Positions 36,934-46,722 of a stretch of DNA of 64,000 nucleotides are shown piece by piece. A program made the translations under genes and the position numbers. The notes under the pieces were generated by a model. The model saw nothing but the letters and a program-made list of their open reading frames with translations. It did not search any database and had not been told where the DNA came from. Origin of the DNA: a virus; the IMG/VR virus record IMGVR_UViG_3300042922_000600, positions 1 to 64,000 of that record; one strand, written 5' to 3'. Position 1 is the first letter of the stretch. The number at the start of each line of letters is the position of its first letter.

Positions 36934-38046
36934 ATGCCCAAGCTTAATAAAGTTTTAAATGGACTAATGTTTATAGACGACTTTAATTCAACATCATTAG
37001 GGATGGAATATACCTTATCCTCCTCCGACCCAGAAAGATATTCTTTAACGGAAAGACCTGGATTTCTTAGACTTAAGCATGGGGAAGACACATTCTTAGT
37101 GCTGTTGGATACACCAGATACCGACTTTGTATTTGAAATATCCAACAGCTACTTGCCCGCATTGGAATCGGATTTTTCCGGCATAGTTGCATGGAAAAGT
37201 ATGGATGACTATGTGGAATTATTGGAATGGTATGATACAAGCCAGGACACTGCAATAACTTATCCCTACATGAGACTTGAAAAAGTGGGGCTTTCCTACA
37301 CAGGATATGGTAGCCAGGATGGCAGTACATGGTCTTTGATTGGGACCATAAAGATGGTTGGAGCGGGTAAGATAGGGTTAGTAATAAATGGGCCCTTGGA
37401 AGAGGAAAGCGTTCCATTTGACGTGGACTATGTAAAACTATTTAGAAACAAGTATCTGCAGGTAACTAATCTTAACACAGGTTATGTGGTGCAACTACTT
37501 TCCATCACTTCTGATTTACTAGAAGAAGTTATTGTGGGAGCTGAGAATGGTGCAAAAGTGGATTTAACCAATTATCTATGTCCCTTTGATGCCAACTTAA
37601 GAATCGTTAATGCCTTGGGAGAGGAACTTCTATATTCCGAAATACAAGTACAGCAGGGTGATATTTATTATTATGGAGACGTTCTTGACGTCTACCGCAT
37701 AACGGATGAGGGGGAGGAACTGTTACTACCCACTCAGGACATTTCTCTTGGTACAATGTCCAATGGCAACATAGCAAAGAAATTTAGAATTCATAACAGT
37801 ACGCCAAACACCTTCCATAATATATCGGTGGGTGCAGTGCAGTATGATACCAATTTTGGCTACCAATGGGTTACACTTGCTGAAGATGTGGCAGGCGTGG
37901 CGGGTGCATTTGTAAATCCTGTGGAGCTGGGTGACCTACCTAGTGGGGAATCCAAATACTTTTGGGTTAAGGTAACACGAGACACAAATCATTTAACTGC
38001 ATCTGTAGACCCATACAGGTTTGCTTTAATTGTAATGAATGATTAG
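36934..38046 (+). CDS. ConA-like lectin domain tail/adhesion protein
   Basis: DDF..YSLTERPGFLRL..RLEKVG..YGSQDGSTW..FDVDYVKL. Confidence 0.7.
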   Translation: MPKLNKVLNGLMFIDDFNSTSLGMEYTLSSSDPERYSLTERPGFLRLKHGEDTFLVLLDTPDTDFVFEISNSYLPALESDFSGIVAWKSMDDYVELLEWYDTSQDTAITYPYMRLEKVGLSYTGYGSQDGSTWSLIGTIKMVGAGKIGLVINGPLEEESVPFDVDYVKLFRNKYLQVTNLNTGYVVQLLSITSDLLEEVIVGAENGAKVDLTNYLCPFDANLRIVNALGEELLYSEIQVQQGDIYYYGDVLDVYRITDEGEELLLPTQDISLGTMSNGNIAKKFRIHNSTPNTFHNISVGAVQYDTNFGYQWVTLAEDVAGVAGAFVNPVELGDLPSGESKYFWVKVTRDTNHLTASVDPYRFALIVMND

Positions 38047-38061
38047 TAAGGGGGTGATTTA

Positions 38062-38940
38062 ATGGGTGGCAGTAATTTAAGAATGTCCCAGAAGCAGACA
38101 AATTTAATAGATGGCGACCACCGTAGACTGTTTGGAAGGACTGCGGCAGAGCAACACCCAATGGATGCCATATACAGACTTTTGGATAAAAAGCCACTAC
38201 CAGATGTATTGGACGAAATTAGGGCAATGGGGAGTAACTTAGTATTTGAGTATTTCCCAACTGTAACTCAAGGTCAGACAACTATAATGCTTACCGACTT
38301 TTCCTACAATCCAGTTCTGGACAAATTGCTGGTTATAAAGAATGGGATGTTTGTTTTTGAGGGCATTGAAGAGGATTACATCCAATCAACCGAGACGGCG
38401 CTCACGTTCAACTACCCTCTTAATTCAGGCGATAAGGTGTTTGTAATTTTAGGGGGTACACTAACTAGCGAAACGTTTGGAAGTGTGGTACACGATGGAA
38501 TTATAAAGTTTACACAGCTAAAAGACGTACCCAATAACTACAGCGGTATGTCTGGGAAGGTTGCTACGGTGTCCGACAATGAACTTGGAATTGTGTTTAG
38601 AACAGCAAGTGCAAACACTGCATTGACTGAGGTAAATGGTAGCCAGTTTGTTGCAAATGCGGGTTCCTATGTTGGTTGGTTACAATTTGTTCCTATGGGG
38701 ATGATAAAGGGCATTAGGCTAACACCAGCAGATGGCTATGTAGGGCAATTTGAACTAAAGATTAAAACAAAAGATTCCGGTGGTAAGTGGGTTTATGCAT
38801 CTGGATTAGTGGACAATATTTTGTGGGATATAATGGACATACCATTCATTGATGAATCCGGTAGTAACTCCATTTATATAGAAATAAGCAACAATGGCAA
38901 TGACACAACTTTTGAATTACAAATTTATGTTATCGAATAA
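38062..38940 (+). CDS. putative tail fibre/baseplate protein
   Basis: QHPMDAI, KNG...DY...LNSGD, FTQLKDVPNNYSG motifs common in fibres. Confidence 0.6.
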   Translation: MGGSNLRMSQKQTNLIDGDHRRLFGRTAAEQHPMDAIYRLLDKKPLPDVLDEIRAMGSNLVFEYFPTVTQGQTTIMLTDFSYNPVLDKLLVIKNGMFVFEGIEEDYIQSTETALTFNYPLNSGDKVFVILGGTLTSETFGSVVHDGIIKFTQLKDVPNNYSGMSGKVATVSDNELGIVFRTASANTALTEVNGSQFVANAGSYVGWLQFVPMGMIKGIRLTPADGYVGQFELKIKTKDSGGKWVYASGLVDNILWDIMDIPFIDESGSNSIYIEISNNGNDTTFELQIYVIE

Positions 38941-38954
38941 AGGAGGAATGTAAT

Positions 38955-39488
38955 ATGGCATCTTTACCACCAATCGTACAGTGGTGGAATGAAGCAGAAA
39001 CTGCCCAACAGGCGCAATGGGACGCCGGGGTTGTAGATGCAGGTAGTGATAGTATACCTACCGTATTCCACGTATGGAACAATAGAGCTGGAGTATCAGC
39101 TGTAGCAGACATGATAAACGTTGATTTGACCGTAAGGGACATAAATGGTCAGACTACAGACTTAAGGGTAGCAGGACAAACAGAGGCAATTGTGTCCGCC
39201 CAATTCTTTGATAGTGCTAAATTAGCAGGTGCAGGACAGTGGGGAGCTATTAATGACACGACAGGACTTTGGGAGGGTGACTATTGGAGGTCACTAAGAC
39301 ATGATGATGCCTGCCCAGTGATTTCCTGTGCAGGTGACCAACGTACAATTTTAGGACAAGCCAACACAGGAAATGTTAACACAGACAAAGGAAACTATGC
39401 TAAAATAAAATTAAAGTTATATGCAAAGCCTACTGCCGGTGCAGGACAGGTGGACTGGTTAACTAGAATAAGTTACCAATATCAATAA
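38955..39488 (+). CDS. putative structural protein
   Basis: WDAGVVDAG..VWNNR; strong RBS. Confidence 0.55.
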   Translation: MASLPPIVQWWNEAETAQQAQWDAGVVDAGSDSIPTVFHVWNNRAGVSAVADMINVDLTVRDINGQTTDLRVAGQTEAIVSAQFFDSAKLAGAGQWGAINDTTGLWEGDYWRSLRHDDACPVISCAGDQRTILGQANTGNVNTDKGNYAKIKLKLYAKPTAGAGQVDWLTRISYQYQ

Positions 39489-39493
39489 GGGAG

Positions 39494-40246
39494 GTGCTGT
39501 TAGTGAATTGGGTAGCACATATGAAGGATGGTACAGTTGTTAAGGAATCGGAAGAGATACACTTTGGCATGCTTGACATGGAGGATGTGGAAAAATTTAG
39601 AATTACAGAGTCTGGTGGTAGCATAGCAGTACCGTTTTCCAGCGACAGTGGAATTATCCGATTCACTAACTTGGACCTACAGCAGATACAGGCATTGGAT
39701 GACAAGGCACAACTGACGTTTATATTTGACAAGAAGAATGGGTTTTTTAAATTGGATAAAGAGTCTTTACAACTTTATGACACGATTATGCTAAAGGATA
39801 AAACTGCCTATTACTTTATAGAGTTTGACCAGTCGGGTATTTTTAACGTAAATGGGGAAATTCTGTTTGCAGGATTTGAATATGAGGGGCAGGCAATTGA
39901 ATTCAAGGAACAACCCCCCTACAATAGCATAATCCAATATGCGAATGGGCTCTCAGAAATAAGGATGAGGGGTAGTAAGCCAATCAACAAGAATGAAAAG
40001 ACGCTTAACTATGTCATAGGCTACACAAAAGAGCATAAGCACAAAGATTTAACATTCAATTTAAAATATGAGATTGTGTATGACCTGATGAATAGATGTG
40101 TAATGCTGGACTTAATTATATGCTGTAATAAGGGCATTTCCGGTAAGATATTTTTATCCTATGGGGGCAAAGTATCCTCCATACCCGTTAAGTTAACGGA
40201 AAATAGTCCAATGCAAACTAAAAGAGTCTTGAGTGTGATAGGATAA
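39494..40246 (+). CDS. hypothetical protein
   Basis: ORF in tail module. Confidence 0.55.
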   Translation: MLLVNWVAHMKDGTVVKESEEIHFGMLDMEDVEKFRITESGGSIAVPFSSDSGIIRFTNLDLQQIQALDDKAQLTFIFDKKNGFFKLDKESLQLYDTIMLKDKTAYYFIEFDQSGIFNVNGEILFAGFEYEGQAIEFKEQPPYNSIIQYANGLSEIRMRGSKPINKNEKTLNYVIGYTKEHKHKDLTFNLKYEIVYDLMNRCVMLDLIICCNKGISGKIFLSYGGKVSSIPVKLTENSPMQTKRVLSVIG

Positions 40247-40260
40247 AGTGAGGTGAGTAC

Positions 40261-41286
40261 ATGGCAGTAATTGGGCAATCTCTACCAAACCCGGAAGCCG
40301 GATGGAGGAGATATCAGGAAACTGAAAAAACTATAAGCTATGAGGGAGCAACATTTACATCTGGATTCGGGTGTTACTACGTTGCTAATATGACAAGTTC
40401 AATTTTTGTAAAATTCAATTTCATTGGGGACAAGTTGAGGTTACTTGGCAGGCGTTCCACAAATAGATGTACCAACAGCCTAGTAATTGATGGGATGTTA
40501 ATTGATACGTTTACACAGTGGGACGCCAGCTTGGTTGAGATTGGATTGGATTATGAGCTGTTAAACCTACCTTATGGAGAGCATAGCGTCATAATATCTG
40601 GAGATGGAACAGGTGCATATTACTTCAATGCTATAGATATAGATGTAAATGGTGCGTTATTCCCTCACAGAGAAATCACACCATCAGTAAACAGTGCGGT
40701 CATAGTTGACCCCAATTACCCAAATGATAGCTTCTACGGACAGCCATTGCATATGAACAGCACCTCTATTATACTATGGAAGCCAGAAGTAGCGGGCAGT
40801 GGTTATTTGGAGCAGTTTATGGCAAAATTAGGCTTAGCACAGTTGCAGGCGGCTGGCAGTATTAAAGTGGGTAAGATAGCTGAACCATGGGACTTGGATA
40901 CAGTAACCTACACTAATTGCCCTAATATAATTCTACCAAGAACTATTGAGTTTCTTGAGGGCAGTGTTTTGGAGTTTGATTTATCTGATGTGTACGGATT
41001 GTATGGTATTGCTTTATGGGGCAATGAGTTCCTTGTGAGCACCATTACTCACTCAGCGGAGTGGGTGCCCACTCGAATGCTTCTACCCGAGAAGATTCAT
41101 GCCCGTAAAGTTATTTCCTTGAACTGGTTACCCATTTTAACGGACGAGTTCTTTAGAGGACTTGCGTTAAAGCGGGATGGGGTAGAAATTTTTGAGACGT
41201 CCGATGTAGAGATTACATCATTTCTGGATGAGACGGTTTCACCCAACACCAATTACACATATGAAATTGAAGTGACATTAAGTTAA
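40261..41286 (+). CDS. multidomain adhesin-like protein (beta-sandwich + FN3-like)
   Basis: PEAGWRRY, FNFIG..IDG..GEHSVII, WD..TVTY, RDG...FLD..VSPNTNYTYEI. Confidence 0.6.
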   Translation: MAVIGQSLPNPEAGWRRYQETEKTISYEGATFTSGFGCYYVANMTSSIFVKFNFIGDKLRLLGRRSTNRCTNSLVIDGMLIDTFTQWDASLVEIGLDYELLNLPYGEHSVIISGDGTGAYYFNAIDIDVNGALFPHREITPSVNSAVIVDPNYPNDSFYGQPLHMNSTSIILWKPEVAGSGYLEQFMAKLGLAQLQAAGSIKVGKIAEPWDLDTVTYTNCPNIILPRTIEFLEGSVLEFDLSDVYGLYGIALWGNEFLVSTITHSAEWVPTRMLLPEKIHARKVISLNWLPILTDEFFRGLALKRDGVEIFETSDVEITSFLDETVSPNTNYTYEIEVTLS

Positions 41287-41302
41287 GGGGGAGGTGAAAT
41301 AA

Positions 41303-43045
41303 ATGGCTACTATAACAAGCGTCTATCTATCAAGAACGAGTATATGGTACAAGGATACTCAAGGAATAGAGTTTAGCTTCATTGCCGAGGGCCCAGTTGG
41401 GGTTGGGATAAAATATCGTATACTAATAAATGGTGTGGAGCTTCAGAGTAACAATGAATTCTCTGAGCCCCCACTTAATATAAGTACTACTATACCACCG
41501 GATTACTTGAATATTATAGACAATTTAGTGAGGCTGGAGATAGATTCTGAGGATAGTGTTAATACATTCTTTGAACACCTAATTGTAAAAGAGGACATAA
41601 ACACACCAGTCTTCCGCAGGCAGTTTGATTTTAAAGAAGATTACATGGACCATGAAAACATTGAAGTAATAAGCGGGCAAGGAATATCCATCATAAATGT
41701 GGGTGAGGCGGAGTTTTCAATAGAAATTCCGACTGACACACGGAGTAAATTGAAGGGGATTGACCTAGTTGAGTCACCAGGCAGTTTGTCCCTGATTCCG
41801 GTGATGTCCTCCAATGTGCAGGGTGGGTATGAGGTTAGTGCCAGCAGTGTATACAGTACCACTTACCCAGCATGGAAGGCCTTTAATGGGCTCTACACCA
41901 CTGACGCTGATTCCTGGACATCCGCCAACACTGCGTGGACGCCCCAATGGCTAATGATGAAACTACCCTACCCCCAACTTGCATTGAAGTATGGACTGCT
42001 TGGTCCCGCTACTGCCGGACATGCACCCAAGGCGTGGAGATTGGAAGGCTCACAAGACGGTATAGTGTGGGACATTCTAGACACTAGAGTAAACATTCCA
42101 ATTCCTGTTACGGGTGTATGGGTGGATTATGGAATAAAAAATCCAGGCTCCTATTTATACTACCGACTGTTCATAGTAGAAAAGAACGGAGCAGTCAACT
42201 ACGTGAGGGTGGGTGAGTTTCGACTAATTGGGACCAAACTGCAATACACGGACGCATTGGGGGCCGGGTCTAAGGTTAGATTTTTAATTTCTTTGGACGG
42301 TGTTACTTATAAAACACTCATCAATGGGCAGTGGAGCATAGTACCAAAACAAGAAATACTTAACTCGGGCCTGCACAATTTTGAGCTTTTATCAGTAACG
42401 GCAGAGCAATGGAGAGCACTTTCGGCGACTTTATTTTTAGGCAGATTTATACTACTATGTGGAATGTATAATGAGCGAGAAAACGACCCCCTGTTGCATG
42501 AGATTTCAGTAACGTTTGATGAAGTGTCAGTGGAAACGTCAGCCGGCCTGCAAATAACTACTCCAGAGGAAGGATTTAAAAAGAGTTTAGACGTTGGGTC
42601 ACAGACTTATACACTAACACTGGAAACTGGAATGGCATTTGACGATGTAAGCGTGGACTATGATATGTACACCACACCGGATAGAATAAAGCTTCGCCCC
42701 TTGAGTTTTGGTACGTTGGTAGGTGGTCACCAATCCAGTGTGATGGCAGTGGAAGTCGTAAGTGGTTATGAGACTGAGGACTTTGATGTAGAGTTAAGTG
42801 TGGCAAAGGATGGCAGAGCTGGAATACAACAGGGAAACTATGTGCTTTTGGATGACTCCATTATTCCAGAGTACCGAACCAAAATTGAGATGTCCCTTAT
42901 TGAAAATCCATTTTCTCCAATGTACCCCGTCAGGTTTAGGCTCAATGCGGGTCAAAAGAGAACTGTTTATATTAGGGTTTTGCCACAAATGGTTAACACG
43001 GGTAATGAGTTATTCCAAATAAAGTTAATAAGCAGGCCTATTTAG
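41303..43045 (+). CDS. F5/8 type C (discoidin) domain tail protein, candidate receptor-binding protein
   Basis: LIPVMSSN..SASS..AWKAFNG..QWL..APKAWRLEGSQDG..W..LD..YLYYRL. Confidence 0.78.
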   Translation: MATITSVYLSRTSIWYKDTQGIEFSFIAEGPVGVGIKYRILINGVELQSNNEFSEPPLNISTTIPPDYLNIIDNLVRLEIDSEDSVNTFFEHLIVKEDINTPVFRRQFDFKEDYMDHENIEVISGQGISIINVGEAEFSIEIPTDTRSKLKGIDLVESPGSLSLIPVMSSNVQGGYEVSASSVYSTTYPAWKAFNGLYTTDADSWTSANTAWTPQWLMMKLPYPQLALKYGLLGPATAGHAPKAWRLEGSQDGIVWDILDTRVNIPIPVTGVWVDYGIKNPGSYLYYRLFIVEKNGAVNYVRVGEFRLIGTKLQYTDALGAGSKVRFLISLDGVTYKTLINGQWSIVPKQEILNSGLHNFELLSVTAEQWRALSATLFLGRFILLCGMYNERENDPLLHEISVTFDEVSVETSAGLQITTPEEGFKKSLDVGSQTYTLTLETGMAFDDVSVDYDMYTTPDRIKLRPLSFGTLVGGHQSSVMAVEVVSGYETEDFDVELSVAKDGRAGIQQGNYVLLDDSIIPEYRTKIEMSLIENPFSPMYPVRFRLNAGQKRTVYIRVLPQMVNTGNELFQIKLISRPI

Positions 43046-43082
43046 ATGGTCCGTTTCATAAAGGAAAGTGGGGTGAATAAGA

Positions 43083-44996
43083 TTGGATGAAATACTTACT
43101 TCCACCGCAAGGGTAAGAGGATGTGGCAGTGTGGATAAGCAAGGGACTGCAAAACTTGCCTACCGAAATGAATTAGATGTTATATTCAACGCACTCTATG
43201 GGGATGGGATAAAGAATCTTAAGGGTAAGGCAAAGATACCATTTAAAAGAGACAGGTATAGTACTGCCATCATCAAGCCAATAGATTTTGACTTTCTATC
43301 CAGGTTTTTAATTCCCTACCAAAATGCCCTTGCAAGTACAGTAAAGGTAGCAGGTACTTCAGAATTGGACGTGGCCTACCGACTTATTCAGTCCCCAAGG
43401 CAGGAAGAAATTTTAGTTGCAGTACAGGACACTTACACAAGAGAGAGCAGGCCTACCCTAAATCATGGGGGCAGGGAGACTTTAATAACAGGTGTTCTTC
43501 CCGAGGGTAGTTATGTATCTTATATAGACATGGATATTTCCTTTATAAAACAGATACTCATTAATGAGGGCATGATAAATAAATCCATTGAGCTTATGTT
43601 AAACCTAGCAGTGGAGGGACTTGGGAAGATTGAAATTATTGAGTGTTTAAATAGTTGGGATGAATATTCAGCAACATGGCTAACGCCCATGACCTTAGGT
43701 GACACATTAATGGAAATTGATGTAACCAATACAGCTATAACGGTTGATATAGCACAGATAGTTCTTAACCTAATCCAGTCAGGAAAAACAAGGCTCAACA
43801 TTGCAGTTAAGAGTGACAGTCTGTTTTTTATACGCTCAAGAGAATCAGAACTACCACCCCGCATTAGGTTTAGATATAGCGACCCTAACTGGATGGCATT
43901 TTCAGACGAATACAATATGATGAGCAGTGCCTTAATTCAAGCAAGGACGCTTAATGACTTTCCATCCATAATTAACATAATGAACAAATTTGTACTTAAC
44001 TCCAGTGCAATTATAAAGAAACTTGAGGACAATCTTGCGTCCACCGCCCATGTACAAAGTGATTATGGTTACAGCAATATGAGAAGTAAGGTAATTACCA
44101 GCAAGCTGAGGAGTGACTTATACTCAAGTGCTATGGTTAAAAGTACTTTGAACTCAAATGACAAGCATTCAACCTACTATCAACCATCCATACAGCAACC
44201 GGGAACGGCTAACTTGAAGATAACAAGTGAAATGTATAGCACCACAACTATATTAAGTGAAACCATATCGAATGGTCTTGAAGGCAGGGCGGACATCCTA
44301 TTGAATAGTTTGAAATCCATTGTAAATATTCTTAATACATTTACAATGGAATCAAGGGCAGTGTTGATTGCCTCTGATTTAAGTAACCTGAACTCTAAAG
44401 TAGAAATTTCAAAATTGGAAAATGACTTGCACTCACAGGTAATACTCCGGGAAATGAGAGGTTCCATTATGCCGGGTAGTGCTGAGATAATTGGAGGTTC
44501 TTTACTTGGTAGTTATAGACTTGGAAAGTCAACTGAGTTATCTGGGCATGCATGGATTATGGGCAGAGTGCATTCCGATATGAGCTCCACTATAACCACA
44601 GTTTCCAGAGAGATTGTGAATTTACCAAGTAAGGCAACTATCCTCAGTTCAAGTCAGCATGACATAAGTTCGAATTTAGATATTAAGTTACCGCTGGACT
44701 TACCTGCTGTGGCATATATATTGCAGAACACCCTGTTGAACTCACACGGAATAATTAGACAGTTTGACTTATCGGAGGTAGAGAGCCATGCGTTACTTGG
44801 GTTAGCAAGGAGCTTTAATCGATTGGCAAGTGTGGCAATTATAAGAAGACGTGAGTATAATTATTTTAGCTCCAGAGTACTAATCAATACGTCTGCACGA
44901 AAGTGGATTCCTAATGTACATGGGCAATCAACCTTCAACTATGCGGATAGAAAATTGCCCCGCCTTTGGGTAAGAGAAAATTTTATAAATGATTAA
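43083..44996 (+). CDS. DNRLRE-like domain protein with Ser-rich repeats
   Basis: QDTYTRESRPTLNHG, WDEYSATW, SRES..PP; repeated L.S.A.I units. Confidence 0.6.
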   Translation: MDEILTSTARVRGCGSVDKQGTAKLAYRNELDVIFNALYGDGIKNLKGKAKIPFKRDRYSTAIIKPIDFDFLSRFLIPYQNALASTVKVAGTSELDVAYRLIQSPRQEEILVAVQDTYTRESRPTLNHGGRETLITGVLPEGSYVSYIDMDISFIKQILINEGMINKSIELMLNLAVEGLGKIEIIECLNSWDEYSATWLTPMTLGDTLMEIDVTNTAITVDIAQIVLNLIQSGKTRLNIAVKSDSLFFIRSRESELPPRIRFRYSDPNWMAFSDEYNMMSSALIQARTLNDFPSIINIMNKFVLNSSAIIKKLEDNLASTAHVQSDYGYSNMRSKVITSKLRSDLYSSAMVKSTLNSNDKHSTYYQPSIQQPGTANLKITSEMYSTTTILSETISNGLEGRADILLNSLKSIVNILNTFTMESRAVLIASDLSNLNSKVEISKLENDLHSQVILREMRGSIMPGSAEIIGGSLLGSYRLGKSTELSGHAWIMGRVHSDMSSTITTVSREIVNLPSKATILSSSQHDISSNLDIKLPLDLPAVAYILQNTLLNSHGIIRQFDLSEVESHALLGLARSFNRLASVAIIRRREYNYFSSRVLINTSARKWIPNVHGQSTFNYADRKLPRLWVRENFIND

Positions 44997-45005
44997 TAGT
45001 AATTA

Positions 45006-45034
45006 TTTACAATTATGCTAGGGAATGTTATAAT
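45006..45034 (+). promoter_or_regulatory. Lysis promoter TTTACA-N17-TATAAT with extended -10
   Basis: ATGTTATAAT; ~100-nt leader follows. Confidence 0.65.
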
Positions 45035-45140
45035 TAGTCCATAATTACAACCAAGTTAGTTAATGAGTCCTGTGGTCCCTCATTAAAAGTCCATTGGGCT
45101 CACTTTATATAACTAAAATAATAATTTTTGGGAGTGGTAT

Positions 45141-45452
45141 ATGGAAGATTGGGTGAAAGAGTACTGGGTGAAAGCTTTATTTGGTGGCATAATAAGTTGT
45201 TTCACTGCTCTAGTTGTATGGGTCAAGAAAAAATTTAAACGCCTAGAAGCAGTTGAACTCGGGCTACAGGCTTTACTAAGGAATGAGATTATTAAAGAAT
45301 ATAACTATTGGATGGAAAAGGGTTATTGTCCCATTTATGCCAAAGAAAATATTCGAAACATGTACACTCAGTATCATGGGTTAGGTCAGAATGGAGTTAT
45401 GGAAAAATTATGTGAGGAAATTCTAGACTTGCCAACAGAGCCGCCAAAATAG
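45141..45452 (+). CDS. putative holin/antiholin-like membrane protein
   Basis: One N-terminal TM; GLQALLR..Y..LG.NG motif; in lysis cluster. Confidence 0.65.
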   Translation: MEDWVKEYWVKALFGGIISCFTALVVWVKKKFKRLEAVELGLQALLRNEIIKEYNYWMEKGYCPIYAKENIRNMYTQYHGLGQNGVMEKLCEEILDLPTEPPK

Positions 45453-45466
45453 AAAGGATGGGTTAG

Positions 45467-45751
45467 GTGAATAAGATGCCAATTTCAAAGATTAAGTACA
45501 AGACAGAGTTCTCAAAGAAAATTCTGTACACAGTTTGGATTAGTACCACGATTGTTGTTGCCCTTGCATTTGTATTAATGTGGCGAACTGGTGACCTTTC
45601 ACCACTAAGCTACATAATAACCGGGTTGTTCGCAGAAGTCGCGGCAAGTACTGGTTTTTACTATTGGAAGGCAAAGAATGAGAATGTAGTTAAGATAGGA
45701 AGGAGTGAGGATAATGAAAATCAATTGGAAACAAAAATTGACATCCCGTAA
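45467..45751 (+). CDS. 2-TM membrane protein (holin-like)
   Basis: EFSKKIL..TM..TM..GFYYWKAKNEN. Confidence 0.65.
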   Translation: MNKMPISKIKYKTEFSKKILYTVWISTTIVVALAFVLMWRTGDLSPLSYIITGLFAEVAASTGFYYWKAKNENVVKIGRSEDNENQLETKIDIP

Positions 45752-45932
45752 ATTTTGGGTAGCTGTAACTGGATTTTTAACTGCTTTAATGGTAGCATTC
45801 AAGGTACCGGACTTAACAATAGAGCAAGTAGTTGCAGTTATTTCAGCATGTGCAACATTGGTAGCTTATATTATCGGAGAAGGTATGGTTGATGCCTCCA
45901 GAGGTAGTAAGGGAAGTGATGACGTTGCATAA
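45714..45932 (+). CDS. holin
   Basis: MKINWKQKLTSRKFW..2 TM..AYIIGEG.VD. Confidence 0.8.
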   Translation: MKINWKQKLTSRKFWVAVTGFLTALMVAFKVPDLTIEQVVAVISACATLVAYIIGEGMVDASRGSKGSDDVA

Positions 45933-46488
45933 GTTATATGAGGGTGAGTATAAAATAACCAGTCCTTTTGGGCCAAGGGAATTACCTAATGGGGATAAAA
46001 GACCACACAAAGGAATTGATTGTGTGGGCATCGGGAATAAAAATATAATTGCCCCCACAAATGGGAAAATTGTATCCTCCCAGATTATCACCAATAAGAG
46101 TAGCCCTTCTTGGGAATGGGGAAACTATGTTAAGATGGATGACCTAAATGGATATCACTTATTCTTCTGCCACCTGGGTAGCAGAGCAGTAAAGACGGGT
46201 CAGCTAATAGAGAAATATGCTAGGATTGGGGTGGAAGGATACACTGGGTATGTATATCCACAAAACTCAAACGGAAGCCACCTGCACTTTGAAGTAAGAA
46301 GAAAGTCGGATGGTGTGTCTATAGACCCCATGGAGTACTTTAAAATACTTGCAGAGTGGGAGGCTAAGCACTTAGCAGAACTTAGGTTAAAAGTTCAGTC
46401 CACATTTGGATTTGATGACGGCACAATGAAGTTTTTCGATGGGCATCCATACCCAGGTTCATTATTTAGTAAGATGTTGAAAAAATAG
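45889..46488 (+). CDS. endolysin, M23 family metallopeptidase
   Basis: ITSPFGPR, HKGID, WGNYV, HL, HLHFEVR, IDP. Confidence 0.88.
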   Translation: MMPPEVVREVMTLHKLYEGEYKITSPFGPRELPNGDKRPHKGIDCVGIGNKNIIAPTNGKIVSSQIITNKSSPSWEWGNYVKMDDLNGYHLFFCHLGSRAVKTGQLIEKYARIGVEGYTGYVYPQNSNGSHLHFEVRRKSDGVSIDPMEYFKILAEWEAKHLAELRLKVQSTFGFDDGTMKFFDGHPYPGSLFSKMLKK

Positions 46489-46494
46489 GTTAAT

Positions 46495-46530
46495 AAGAAT
46501 AGAGCTTTGAAGTGAGGCTCTATTCTTTTT
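46495..46530 (+). terminator. Intrinsic terminator after lysis module
   Basis: AAGAATAGAGC...GCTCTATTCTT-TTT. Confidence 0.75.
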
Positions 46531-46676
46531 ATATTTGACGGGAGTTTAAAAGGGCTCGTTGTTTAGCGGTGTAGCAAATTACTTAAACTTGTTTTTCGTA
46601 GCACTGGGCTAGAATTAAGGTGTGTGCAAAGCGGTTCCTTACATATATTAATAGTAAAATACTAAGTAACTTGCCT

Positions 46677-46706
46677 TTTACATTTCAGGCTGACAGGTTT
46701 TATACT
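46677..46706 (+). promoter_or_regulatory. Promoter TTTACA-N18-TATACT
   Basis: Recurring architecture. Confidence 0.75.
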
Positions 46707-46722
46707 GTATAAAGGAGGTGGC

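Noticed and set aside
40261-44996. Diversity-generating retroelement acting on adhesins
   Set aside because: No reverse transcriptase in the window and no TR/VR repeat pair noticed.
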